From Candidatus Latescibacterota bacterium (lineage in GTDB: Bacteria > Latescibacterota > CBDCVA01), in contig CBDCVA010000001.1 of the NCBI GenBank assembly GCA_965222935.1, positions 196,093 to 260,092 on the forward strand: DNA of 64,000 nt. Direction: 5' to 3'. The position numbers and the translations under genes are program-made. Positions within the stretch are counted from its first letter, which is position 1; each line of letters begins with the position of its first letter. This document shows positions 1 through 9,623 of this stretch, piece by piece. A model generated the notes under the pieces. That model made no database searches. It was not told the origin of the DNA and saw nothing but the letters and a program-made list of their open reading frames with translations.

Positions 1-468
1 GATGACGCGGACGATAGCGTTGGTCAGCGGCCAGACCGCGTGATGGATCGGCGCGAACACAAACGACAGTAGATGGAGGATGGGCAGCGCGACCCGGGTG
101 AAGACATACGGATAGCGATTGGCGATGGTCTTGGGCGTCACCTCGCCGAAAATCAAGAGCGCCAAGGTCATACCCAAAGTGGAGATCTGCGCGGCCTGCT
201 CCATGGTGAGCGACGCGAACGCGCGGATGCAGATGATCGTTGCCAGCGAAGCCCCGGCCACATTGGCGATGTTATTCCCGACGTTGATGGTCATAATCAC
301 GCGCTCGGGTTCGCGGTCCCACATCTGCGCGCCTCGGCTCGCACGGCCACCCTTACGGATCAGTTCGCGGATGCGGGCGCGCGATAGCTTGACCAACCCG
401 ATCTCCGAACCCGAGAAGAAGGCCGAAGCCACCAACATAAGCGCCAGAAGGATCAGTTCGTCCGTCAT
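1..468 (-). CDS. CNNM/DUF21-domain membrane protein (CorC/TlyC family), N-terminal part; gene continues beyond window start
   Basis: Reverse-strand translation from ATG (comp. 466-468) gives MTDELILLALMLVASAFFSGSEIGLV...RELIRKGGRASRGAQ..., a typical DUF21 transmembrane N-terminus. No stop before the window edge, so it is absent from the ORF track. Confidence 0.55.
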   Translation of the reverse strand, partial: MTDELILLALMLVASAFFSGSEIGLVKLSRARIRELIRKGGRASRGAQMWDREPERVIMTINVGNNIANVAGASLATIICIRAFASLTMEQAAQISTLGMTLALLIFGEVTPKTIANRYPYVFTRVALPILHLLSFVFAPIHHAVWPLTNAIVRVI

Positions 469-653
469 GTTGATCAAGATCAATTTAAGGCACCGCGTGC
501 GTGTGCGCCAGCGCCCCCTTGTATGGCCTTTGGGCGGCCGCTGTGACTATATTTGGATCATGGGACACGAAGAGAGAGTGCGCGAGTGTCATCGAGGCAA
601 ACGGGTCGAGATACGCGCCTGGCGCTACCGGCCTTTAACTTTTCGGGGAGAGC

Positions 654-1712
654 ATGCGCGACGAATCTTTCCGTTTTCTATCCGATCTGATCGACGCCCC
701 AAGCCCCTCCGGCTTTGAGGGCCCCGTCCGGGAGGTCTGGAGCAGCTACGTCGAGCAGTACGCCGACAGCGTCCGAACCGACCTGCACGGCAACGTCATC
801 GCGACCTTGAACGAGGGGGGCGCGCCGCGGATCATGTTCGCCGGTCACTGCGATGAACTGGGCTTCATGATCAAGTACATCGACGACGACGGGTACCTGT
901 CGTTCGCCACCATCGGCGGCTTCGATACGCAGATCATCCCCGGCAGGCGGGTCGTGGTTCACGCCGAGGGCGGGCCCATTCCGGGTGCGGTCGGCAAGAA
1001 GGCCCTGCATCTGATGTCGCCCGATGACCGCAAGAAAGTGCCGGATGTGCACGAGCTTTGGATCGACATCGGCGCGAAGGACCGGAAGGAGGCCGAGTCG
1101 CTGGTCAGCGTCGGCGATCCCGTGACCTACGATGTGCGCCTGGAGCGGCTGCGCGGGGACCTCGTCGTCTCCCGCGGGCTTGACAACAAGATGGGCGCCT
1201 TCGCCGTCGGCGAGGTGTCCCGCCTGCTCGCCGGGGCGAGCTTTGCCCCCGCTGTCTTCCTGGTCTCGACGGTCCAGGAGGAGATCGGCCTGCGCGGGGC
1301 GCGGACCGCGGCCTACGGCATCGACCCCACGGTCGGGATCGCCATCGACGTTACCCACGCTACCGATCACCCCGGTGTGGACAAGAAGTCAGCCGGTGAC
1401 GTCCGACTGGGCGGCGGCCCGGTGGTCACGCGCGGGGCGAACATCAATCCGGTGGTAGCGCGTTTTCTGATCGAGAGCGCGAAGGCCGAGGACATGCCCT
1501 TTCAGGTCGAGGGCTACCCCGGAGTCACGGGGACGGATGCAGGGGCGATCCAGGTCACCCGCGCGGGCGTGGCGACGGGCCTGGTCTCGGTCCCGTTGCG
1601 CTATATGCACACGCCGACGGAGGTCCTTTCGACCGTCGATCTGGAGAATTGCGCGAAGCTTCTAGCCGCGTTCGTCGAGGCGGTGGATGAGGAGACTGAC
1701 TTCACCCCGTGA
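654..1712 (+). CDS. M42 family aminopeptidase (FrvX/YsdC-like glutamyl aminopeptidase/endoglucanase fold)
   Basis: 352-aa ORF; M42 signature architecture (HCDELGFMI..., DNKMG, EEIGLRGA, metal-binding His/Asp/Glu pattern). Confidence 0.8.
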   Translation: MRDESFRFLSDLIDAPSPSGFEGPVREVWSSYVEQYADSVRTDLHGNVIATLNEGGAPRIMFAGHCDELGFMIKYIDDDGYLSFATIGGFDTQIIPGRRVVVHAEGGPIPGAVGKKALHLMSPDDRKKVPDVHELWIDIGAKDRKEAESLVSVGDPVTYDVRLERLRGDLVVSRGLDNKMGAFAVGEVSRLLAGASFAPAVFLVSTVQEEIGLRGARTAAYGIDPTVGIAIDVTHATDHPGVDKKSAGDVRLGGGPVVTRGANINPVVARFLIESAKAEDMPFQVEGYPGVTGTDAGAIQVTRAGVATGLVSVPLRYMHTPTEVLSTVDLENCAKLLAAFVEAVDEETDFTP

Positions 1713-1856
1713 TGCCCATACGGTTCGGCGCCGGTTGTGTCCTCTCTTATGGGGCACGGGCATCCTGACGGCCCCCGGCACCGAGTGCAGCCTGAGAATA
1801 GGAGAGACGTGACGTGCGCCGCCGCTAGTCGCCTTTGCCCCACACGAAGCCGTCCT

Positions 1857-1872
1857 CGCCCTATCGAGGGCG
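1857..1872 (+). terminator. Weak GC hairpin (cgccct-atcg-agggcg) followed by GTTT downstream of the peptidase gene
   Basis: Perfect 6-bp inverted repeat seen in sequence; short stem and weak T-tract. Confidence 0.2.
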
Positions 1873-1976
1873 GTTTCCCATAATAGCGTTCTTGCTCTGC
1901 GAGTGCTTCGATCCTGTGACCTGGAGATTTTAGGCGCGATCCAACTCCCGAAGCGTCCCTGGGAGAGTGCGCCTGC

Positions 1977-3338
1977 ATGGAGTGGAAGATGAGTGAACAG
2001 AACGAAGTACGGGGTGATTTCGACATGCGATCCGCCCGTGAGCGGGCCATCCTGATCGCAGTGCGCAGCCCCGGTGGAACCGACGGTACGGCGCTCGACG
2101 AGCGGCTCGAAGAACTGGTGCTCCTGTGCAATACTGCGGGGGTCAACGTCGTTGGAAGGGTGGTTCAGGCGCGAGAGCGGCTCGATGCAGCTACTTACAT
2201 CGGGCGGGGCAAGGTGGAGGCGCTCGCGGCGTTGGTGAAAGATCGTAAGGCGGATGTCGCGGTCTTCGAGGGAGCGCTCAGTCCCAGCCAGGCGACCAAC
2301 CTGGAGAAGGCCCTCGCGTGCAAGGTTCTCGACCGGAGCGCCGTCATCCTTGATATCTTCGCTCGAAGGGCGCGCACTCGTGAGGCGAAGGTCCAGGTCG
2401 AGTTGGCGCAGCTCGAATATCTTTACCCGAGGCTGACCCGCCTGTGGGGCCATCTCTCCCGACAGGAGGGGGGCATCGGCACGCGGGGGCCCGGCGAGCG
2501 GCAGCTCGAAGTCGACCGGCGCGCGGTCCGCAAACGGATCGAAGGCCTGCGGCGTGCGCTCAAGCGCGTGGAGGGCCGTCGTGAGATCGCGCGGCGCGGC
2601 CGCGAGGGCTGCTTCTGCGCTGCGCTGGTGGGTTACACGAACGCGGGCAAGTCTACGCTCTTGAGCGCTCTGGCTGACCGCAGCGACGTTTTCATCGAGG
2701 GCCGTCTGTTCGCCACTCTGGACGCGACCACCCGCATCGCCTGGGTGCCCGGCCAGCGGAAGGTCCTTCTGTCCGATACCGTGGGTTTCATCCGCGACTT
2801 GCCGCCCCATCTGGTCGCTTCCTTCCGCAGTACGCTCGAGGAGGTGCGAGAGGCGGACCTGTTACTTCACGTCGTGGACGCCAGCCACCCCGCCGCGTCG
2901 CAGCAGATGGCGACGACCGACGCCACGCTGGAAGACCTCGGCGTGGCGGAGCACCCGACCCTCACGGTCCTCAACAAGATCGACCGTCTAGCGCCGGACG
3001 CCCCGGTCCTGGATGACCTCGCCGAAGGCCGGAAGGCCGTGCCCGTCTCCGCGATCCAAGGCATGGAACTGGAGGCGCTGCGCTGGGCCATCGCTGGGGC
3101 GCTCGACGCCGAGTCGGTGGAACTGGACCTGCGTATCCCACAGCGCGAGGGGGCTCTCGTGGCGGCCCTACACGGGGCGGGCGATGTGCTCGCGGTCAAC
3201 TACGAGGCCCAGGACGTGCTCGTCACGGCTCGGCTTCAGCGAGGGCGCGCCGAGGCCCTCAGGCTTTCTCGATGGACCACGGACTCCCATACGGTCCGGG
3301 AGGGTGCAGTCACAAGCGGAGTGGGCGATGCGAACTAG
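1977..3338 (+). CDS. hflX: GTPase HflX
   Basis: 453 aa; HflX N-domain plus G-domain (GYTNAGKSTLL, DTVGF, NKID); alternative start possible at 2025. Confidence 0.9.
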   Translation: MEWKMSEQNEVRGDFDMRSARERAILIAVRSPGGTDGTALDERLEELVLLCNTAGVNVVGRVVQARERLDAATYIGRGKVEALAALVKDRKADVAVFEGALSPSQATNLEKALACKVLDRSAVILDIFARRARTREAKVQVELAQLEYLYPRLTRLWGHLSRQEGGIGTRGPGERQLEVDRRAVRKRIEGLRRALKRVEGRREIARRGREGCFCAALVGYTNAGKSTLLSALADRSDVFIEGRLFATLDATTRIAWVPGQRKVLLSDTVGFIRDLPPHLVASFRSTLEEVREADLLLHVVDASHPAASQQMATTDATLEDLGVAEHPTLTVLNKIDRLAPDAPVLDDLAEGRKAVPVSAIQGMELEALRWAIAGALDAESVELDLRIPQREGALVAALHGAGDVLAVNYEAQDVLVTARLQRGRAEALRLSRWTTDSHTVREGAVTSGVGDAN

Positions 3339-5028
3339 CGCGAGGTGGGGAGGACGTCCGGCGCTTGGCCTCCCACTGCTCGCGGTTCTGGCGCTCGGTC
3401 TTGTGGGGGTGCAGGCGGCCTCCGCGGGGGGGCAGGTAGCTGCCAAGTGCGGGACGCCGCACGTCCTGGACGCAATGCGGCGGCTGGGGCCGGCGGCATT
3501 CGCCAAACGAGCACAGACGCCGAAGCAACGCCAGTACGACTCGCCAGGCGGCTTTTTCCGCATCCAGTACGATATGGAGGGTCGCGACGCGGTCTCGCAT
3601 GAGGACAGCGATCAGGACGGGGTCCCCGACTACGTGGAGGCCGCCGCTGAGGCCTTCGACCGAGCGCTCCAATTGGAGGTTTTTGAGCTCGGCTACCGCT
3701 CGCCGTTTGTGGGCGAGGAACGTGGTGACGAGCGGTACGAGGTCTTCATCCGCGATCTCGGCGCGCCCGGCTACTACGGACTGACTCACCCGCAGACCGG
3801 GCCAGACCGTGCCTTCACCAGCTTCATCGAGGTGGACAACGACTTCCTCGACCCGATCTACCCCACGAGGGGGCTGGATGGACTGCGCGTCACCGCCGCC
3901 CACGAGTTCTTCCACGCCATTCACTTCGCCTACTATCTGAACACGCGCCTCGACGCACTCTGGTGGATGGAGATCACCGCGACGTGGATGGAAGATGTGG
4001 CCTGGGATTCGATCAACGACTACTACCATTATGTCAGGCCACGGCGTGTGTCGCCCTCCTCCTTTTCCGACGCGTTCTTCGACGTGCCGGGTGCTCCGCT
4101 GGACCATACGAATGGGTATTACGAATATGGCGCGTCCGTCTTCGGACATTTCTTGGCGGCGCTTCATGGGCGTGACATCATCCGGGCCTGCTGGGAGGCC
4201 ATCGGTGAAGCTCAGCGCGGCGACGTGACCGTGATTGACGGCGTCCTGCCTGGAGGGATGGCCGCTGCCGTCCCCGAGTTCGCGGTCTGGAATTACTTCA
4301 CAGGTCCGCGCGCGCGCCCCAGCCAGTTCTATCCCGAGGGCTCGGCCTACGCCGAGGTATGGATCCCGCCCGGTCGGATTCACCATGCGTATCCTGTCTC
4401 CGGAAGCGGCACCGTGGATCACCTCGGCTCTCACCACACGCGCTTCATCGCACCGGACGAGCCGGCCACGCTGGTCTTAGACCTTGAGTTGGATCCTCGA
4501 ACCTCCTGGATGGTCCAGGTCGTGCGCATCACCGAGGGTCGCCCCACTATCGCGCCTCTGGACCCATCGATGCCGTTCCGCTTGACGACGGGACTTCTCG
4601 ACGAGGAGATCGTCCTGATCTCGACGGCGGTCAATCTTTATGGCCACGATTTCACGTACGTGTACAGCGCGCACCTCGACCTCACTCCGGTGGATGTCGG
4701 GGAGCCGACGGTGCTCGTCTGGCCCGGCGACACCAACAACGATGGCATCGTGGGCATCCGAGATGTGCTGCCTATCGGCATCTTCTGGGGAGCTGAGGGG
4801 CCGCCGCGCACGGACGGTGACATCTCTTGGTCCGCCAAGGGAATCCGTCCCTGGGAGGAGAGCCAGGCCGCGTTCGCCGACGCCAACGGCGATGGGATGG
4901 TTGACGCCCGCGATGTCGAGGCCGTCAGAGCCAACTGGAGCAGGGTCCGGCCGCGTGAGGGTGATGCGGCTGTAGCTAAACTCGCCCCGAATGCGCAGCG
5001 AGCGGCTGGGTCACCCTTGGAGCGATGA
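3327..5028 (+). CDS. Secreted zinc metalloprotease-like protein (HEFFHAIH motif) with C-terminal dockerin-like tandem Ca-binding repeats
   Basis: ATG at 3327 overlaps the hflX stop; signal peptide (LPLLAVLALGLVGVQAASAGG); HEXXH motif HEFFHAIHF; C-terminus carries two D-x-N-x-D-G-x5-D segments (DTNNDGIVGIRD, DANGDGMVDARD), typical of dockerin modules. The track ORF 3013-5028 has a spurious 5' extension. Confidence 0.7.
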
Positions 5029-5576
5029 GGCTTACGATGGAAGAATGGAGTCCTGGCCGGTGGGTGGCGGCGCTGCTCGTTGCCCTAGCCGCGCTTGGGC
5101 TCGTCTCGTGCGGAGGGGATGGGGGACCGACCGGTCCCGCCATTGGCCCCACTCCGGAGGGGCTCGTGCTGCGTCTGACGCCGCCCTCTCAGACCGTGAC
5201 CAAGGGGACGACTTTCAGCGCATCGGTGCACCTGTTCAACGCGCAGAGCGTCTTTGGCAGCGCCTTCGAGATCGGGTTTGATCCCTCGAAGCTGGAAGCC
5301 GTCGGCGCCGAATCGGGTCCGTTTCTGCCCGATGACCCCATCTTCTTCAGCTTCTTCGAGCCCGGTACCGCCTCGATAGCTGTCGTCCGCAAGGCGCCAG
5401 AGAGGGCGATCTCAGGCTCGGGCGAGCTGGCTCGCCTTGAGCTGCGCGCGCTGGCGCAGGGCGACGTCGAGTTGAGGTTCCGTCCCCAGATGACCGCGAT
5501 CGAGGACCCGACGGGCGCGCCGATTCCAGGGCGGGTTGATCTACAACACGAGGGGGCGGTGGTGATCGTCCAATGA
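5025..5576 (+). CDS. Cohesin-domain lipoprotein
   Basis: ATGA start/stop overlap with the upstream gene; lipoprotein signal (ALAALGLVSCGG); single ~140-aa domain with a cohesin-like beta-sandwich pattern (TVTKGTTFSASVHLFNAQSVFGSAFEIGFDPSKLEAVG ... GSGELARLELRALAQGDVELRF). Confidence 0.6.
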   Translation: MRLTMEEWSPGRWVAALLVALAALGLVSCGGDGGPTGPAIGPTPEGLVLRLTPPSQTVTKGTTFSASVHLFNAQSVFGSAFEIGFDPSKLEAVGAESGPFLPDDPIFFSFFEPGTASIAVVRKAPERAISGSGELARLELRALAQGDVELRFRPQMTAIEDPTGAPIPGRVDLQHEGAVVIVQ

Positions 5577-8377
5577 TCGTGCCGAGGCGCGGCGGGGCTT
5601 TTGGGTGGGTGGCCTGTGCTCTGGCAGTCCTCGGAACCCAGGGCGCGGTTCGGCCCGCTTGCGCCCAATTCTTCTTCGGCAAGAACAAAGTCCAGTACCG
5701 GACGTTCGACTGGCACATTCAGCGGACCGAACACTTCGACATCTACTTTTACCCTGAGGAGGCGGAGCTAGCCTCGATAGGCGCCGCTTACGCCGAGGCC
5801 GCCTACCGCGATCTGGAGCGCAAGTTCTCCTACACCGCGCGTGAGCGCATCCCCGTTATCTTCTACAGTTCGCCGCTTCACTTCCAGGGCACCAACACCA
5901 TCCTGGCCTTTCTACCCGAGAGCGTCGGGGGTTTCACCGAATTCGCCAGGGGCCGCGTCGTCGTGCCCTTCAATGGCTCGCTTTCCCGCTTCGAGCGCAT
6001 CATCCGCCACGAGCTCGTCCACGCCTTCATGCATCAGAAGCTCCGGGCCGTGCTCCGCCGCCATCGCATCCGTCGCGGTGCCCGCGCTCCGCTGTGGTTC
6101 TCCGAGGGGCTGGCCGAGCACTGGTCCGGTTCCCAGAACGCCCAGGGCGAGATGATCCTGCGCGACGCCGTTCTCACCGGGCACCTGGATGGACTGGACT
6201 ATTTGGCGCGGGTTGCGGGCACGTTCCAGATGTACAAGGCGGGCGAATCGCTGGTCGGGTGGATGGGTCGCACGCTCGGCGACGAAGTGCTGCTCGCGAT
6301 TCTGGAGGACTGGTGGAAGGCGGACGACTTTAGCACAGTCGTCGCCGCTGCGACGGGCCGGCCCTTAGGCGAACTGGCAGAAGCGTGGTGCTACGGGCTG
6401 AAGAAACGCGTCCTGCCGCTATTGGCCGACCACGATGAAGCCAGCCACGCAGCCAGACGCCTCACGGCGGTGGGCCTGGCCACGGGGCCGGAGGTCGTGC
6501 CCTCCTCGGTGATGGGCGATTCCGACCAGTTCCTGTTCTTTTCCAACTACCGGGGCTTCCCCGGCATCTACGTGGGCGAGGTTGGAGATAAGGACCAGGT
6601 CGGCCATGTCCTCCTCGAAGGCGCCCGCAGCGGATCGATGGAATCGCTCCACCTGCTCCAGACGGGGCTCTCGATCAGCAGCGACGGGCGGCTGGCCTTC
6701 GTCGCGAAGTCGGGCCCGCGCGATGTCCTGACCCTCTTCGACCTTGGGAGCCGGCGGGTCACCGCGCGCCTGGGCTTCCCCTCACTGGTGACGCTCCGCT
6801 CTCCATCGTGGTCGCCCGACGGCGGGCGGCTTGTTTTCAGTGGTGAGGGCCTAGACGGCTTCACCGACCTCTACGTTGTCACTGTGGAGAATGGTGCGCT
6901 GGAGCGTCTGACCGAAGATCTCTACAGCGACAGGAATCCCGCTTGGTCGCCCGACGGCAAGCGGATCGCTTTCGACTCCGACCGGCTTTCTTCGGGCACA
7001 ACCCGCCACGTCTTTGTTCTCGACGTCGCCACGGGGAGCGCCGAGCCTCTCGTGGGTGGCGCCGCGAACTTCGTCACACCCGTCTGGTCTCCCGATGGCT
7101 CCCGACTCGCCGTCGCCTCTGACCGTGATGGCACGTTTAACCTCTACCTCCTGGACCTTGACGGCCGTCTGGCGCGCGTCACTCGCGTGCTTACCGCCGC
7201 GCGTGATCCAGCGTGGCTGGAGGGCGGTGACGGTCTTCTGTTCACGGGTTACGAGGAGGGCCGAATGGAGGTCTATGCGGCAAGGATCGATTCCCTCGAG
7301 TGGGAGGCCCCTCTCCCACCCCTTGCGGCCGATTCGGGCTGGGAGCCGCCTAGCCTTGCAGGACCGTCGGCGGCGACGGTGTTTGCCTATGTGCCGCGTT
7401 TCGATCTCGACATCGCGCAGACGCAGATTGCGCAGGACGCGCAGTTCGGGGCCGTCGGCGGCCTGAACATTGCCATAAGCGACATGCTCGGCGACGATCG
7501 CTACTACTTCACCCTCGCCAGCGGCTCAAGCCGCAGTGCCACCGGCAGAGGCGGGATGAATATAGGTGTAACGCATGTCTCCCTGGGGCGGCGCACGGAC
7601 ATGGCCTTCGGCATCTTTCACCTGCATGGCGAGTTTGATGCTCCGGTTGAGGGCCTGTTCAGGGAGCGCCGTTTTGGTGGCTTCGTGATGGCATCGCGTC
7701 CGCTCTCCCGTTTTCAGCGCCTGGAGTTCCAGGGAACCTTTCGCCAGTCCGATCGCCGCTGGAAGGACGGCTCGGGCAGGGTCCGGCGGGCGCTCTTGCA
7801 CACGACGGGTGCCGCCTTCGTGCGCGACACGAGCTTGTGGAGCGCGACGGGTCCCATTGATGGCGATGGTCTGCGTGCGTCGGTGGCTCATACGATTGCT
7901 CTGGAATCGGCGAAGGTGCACTACCTCTCGCTGGAGCTGGACGTACGCCGCTATTTTCGCTTCACGCGCCGGGCTGCCGTAGCGACGCGCGGGCTTCTGC
8001 GCACGAGCCTTGGCCGTGAGCCCGAGCGCTTCGCCATGGGTGGAAGCTGGACGCTGAGAGGCTACCCTTGGCGCTCCATCGAAGGACGCTACCTGGGCCT
8101 ATGGACCAACGAGCTGCGCTTCCCGCTCGTTGATACCCTTGCGCTTCGACTACCCTTCGGCGGGTTGCGGATCGACTCCATTCGCGGCGCTCTTTTCGTC
8201 GATGCCGGGAGCGCCTGGGAGCGTGACCGGCCTGAGGTCCTAGGCAGCTTTGGCGGCGGCTTTCGCATCCGTTTAGGTCCGTTCCTCGTGCTGCGCTACG
8301 ACATCGCCAAGCGCGTGACCTCCGATGGCGTCTCGGGGCGGACCTTCACAGACCTCTTCTTTGGCTGGGATTTCTGA
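5573..8377 (+). CDS. Outer-membrane multidomain protein: N-terminal HEXXH peptidase-MA-like domain, PD40/TolB-like beta-propeller, C-terminal Omp85 (surface antigen D15) beta-barrel
   Basis: ATGA overlap with the upstream gene; signal peptide; HELVHAF motif; repeated WSPDG(K/G/S)R PD40 units; C-terminal Omp85 hallmarks (LRGY..., FVDAGSAW, GGGFRIRLGPF, terminal ...FFGWDF aromatic residue). Confidence 0.7.
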   Translation: MIVPRRGGAFGWVACALAVLGTQGAVRPACAQFFFGKNKVQYRTFDWHIQRTEHFDIYFYPEEAELASIGAAYAEAAYRDLERKFSYTARERIPVIFYSSPLHFQGTNTILAFLPESVGGFTEFARGRVVVPFNGSLSRFERIIRHELVHAFMHQKLRAVLRRHRIRRGARAPLWFSEGLAEHWSGSQNAQGEMILRDAVLTGHLDGLDYLARVAGTFQMYKAGESLVGWMGRTLGDEVLLAILEDWWKADDFSTVVAAATGRPLGELAEAWCYGLKKRVLPLLADHDEASHAARRLTAVGLATGPEVVPSSVMGDSDQFLFFSNYRGFPGIYVGEVGDKDQVGHVLLEGARSGSMESLHLLQTGLSISSDGRLAFVAKSGPRDVLTLFDLGSRRVTARLGFPSLVTLRSPSWSPDGGRLVFSGEGLDGFTDLYVVTVENGALERLTEDLYSDRNPAWSPDGKRIAFDSDRLSSGTTRHVFVLDVATGSAEPLVGGAANFVTPVWSPDGSRLAVASDRDGTFNLYLLDLDGRLARVTRVLTAARDPAWLEGGDGLLFTGYEEGRMEVYAARIDSLEWEAPLPPLAADSGWEPPSLAGPSAATVFAYVPRFDLDIAQTQIAQDAQFGAVGGLNIAISDMLGDDRYYFTLASGSSRSATGRGGMNIGVTHVSLGRRTDMAFGIFHLHGEFDAPVEGLFRERRFGGFVMASRPLSRFQRLEFQGTFRQSDRRWKDGSGRVRRALLHTTGAAFVRDTSLWSATGPIDGDGLRASVAHTIALESAKVHYLSLELDVRRYFRFTRRAAVATRGLLRTSLGREPERFAMGGSWTLRGYPWRSIEGRYLGLWTNELRFPLVDTLALRLPFGGLRIDSIRGALFVDAGSAWERDRPEVLGSFGGGFRIRLGPFLVLRYDIAKRVTSDGVSGRTFTDLFFGWDF

Positions 8378-8400
8378 GCCATTGCCGCCTGCAATCGGTT

Positions 8401-9540
8401 GTGGCTGAAGTGCTCTGTCCCGAGCGTCGTTGGTCGAGGGGCGTACGGCTTACCCTAGTAGCCGCCGGATTTCTCGCTGGTTCCGGTTGTGCGCCTGCGG
8501 GATGGCGCTGCGCACCATCGGTGGGCGTGCCGGTCGGCTCCGCGTACGCCGTGGTGCCACCGCTGGTTCTGAAATGGCGCCAGGACGTGGGTATCAGCGT
8601 GACCGCGCCGCTTCGCCTCGCCGATGGCCTGCTTTTCGTCGGGACAGGCGATGGTAGGCTCAAGGTGTTGGATGCTGCAACGGGCCACAAGTGCGGAGAA
8701 CTGCTCGTTCGCGGCGCGGCGGCGCGTGCGGCGCCTGGGGTGGCAGCGGCGCACCTGATCGTCGTTTGGTCCAATGCCGGGGAGAGCGTACGCGGAGTGG
8801 ACCGGCGTACGGGCGTGCAGATGTGGAGCCACGACGTCGGCGACTGCTCCGCGACGCCGGTCGTCGCTCGTGGTTACGCGGTCGTTGTCGGGGAATCGGG
8901 TCAGGTTCTGGCCGTCGATCTGGCAACGGGTGAGCAGGTGTGGCGCGCAACCGTTGGGGGCCAGGTGCGGTCCGCTGTGGCCGGCGCCGAGGGCGTCGTG
9001 ATCGTCGGGGATAGAAGTGCGCTTCGCGCTTTCGCTCTGGAGGGCGGCGATCCAAAGTGGCGCATCGAACTGGGAGCAGCGGTGAGCTCTCGCATCGCCG
9101 TCCTGGGCGATGTCGCCTTTGTTGCGACGGCGGCCGGGGAGCTGTGGTCGGTGGAGATCGGGACGGGCGCGCGGCGCTGGGGCGTACGGGTCGCCGAGGC
9201 CGCCATCCGGTCGGGCCCCGTGGTGATCGGGTCGTCTGTCATCATTGGCGCCGACGACCGGCGGGTCGTGACGCTCGATGCGGCGACGGGGAACGTGGTG
9301 TGGGATGCCGGCACGGACGGGGTTGTGCGTGGGGCCCCGGTGGCTGATGGGGATGTCGTCTATGTCGCCGCCGGCGACGGAAGCCTTATAGCGTTGGCTC
9401 TGGATGATGGCCGCAGGCTCTGGGAGACGCGGCTCTCGGCACCGGCACTGACCGATCTGGCGCTGGGCCATGGCGGGCTTTTCGCAGGCGCGGACGACGG
9501 CAACGTCTACTGCTTCGATGTCGGGGCCGGGGTTCCTTGA
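8401..9540 (+). CDS. PQQ-repeat beta-propeller lipoprotein (BamB-like)
   Basis: GTG start; lipobox-like LAGSGC; multiple PQQ-type repeats (VWR..., WSHDVGD..., VVWDAG...). Confidence 0.65.
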   Translation: MAEVLCPERRWSRGVRLTLVAAGFLAGSGCAPAGWRCAPSVGVPVGSAYAVVPPLVLKWRQDVGISVTAPLRLADGLLFVGTGDGRLKVLDAATGHKCGELLVRGAAARAAPGVAAAHLIVVWSNAGESVRGVDRRTGVQMWSHDVGDCSATPVVARGYAVVVGESGQVLAVDLATGEQVWRATVGGQVRSAVAGAEGVVIVGDRSALRAFALEGGDPKWRIELGAAVSSRIAVLGDVAFVATAAGELWSVEIGTGARRWGVRVAEAAIRSGPVVIGSSVIIGADDRRVVTLDAATGNVVWDAGTDGVVRGAPVADGDVVYVAAGDGSLIALALDDGRRLWETRLSAPALTDLALGHGGLFAGADDGNVYCFDVGAGVP

Positions 9541-9623
9541 GCGATGGCTGAGCCGGGAAAAGCAGCGCCCGTGGGGCCAAAGCGCTTGACTTCGCTTGTC
9601 CTGCGTACCTACATTTGGGCTGA

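Noticed and set aside
1662-2810. 382-aa minus-strand ORF overlapping hflX, and similar long antisense ORFs (e.g. 3310-4437, 8455-9471, 30829-31956, 35850-36527, 36636-38219, 47182-48012)
   Set aside because: Low-complexity Arg/Ala/Gly/Pro-rich translations with no motifs. They lie antisense to well-supported genes; high GC suppresses stop codons in non-coding frames.
9585-9623. Possible promoter (TTGACT … CTACAT) upstream of uppS
   Set aside because: Weak -10 and likely read-through from upstream genes; insufficient support to call a feature.
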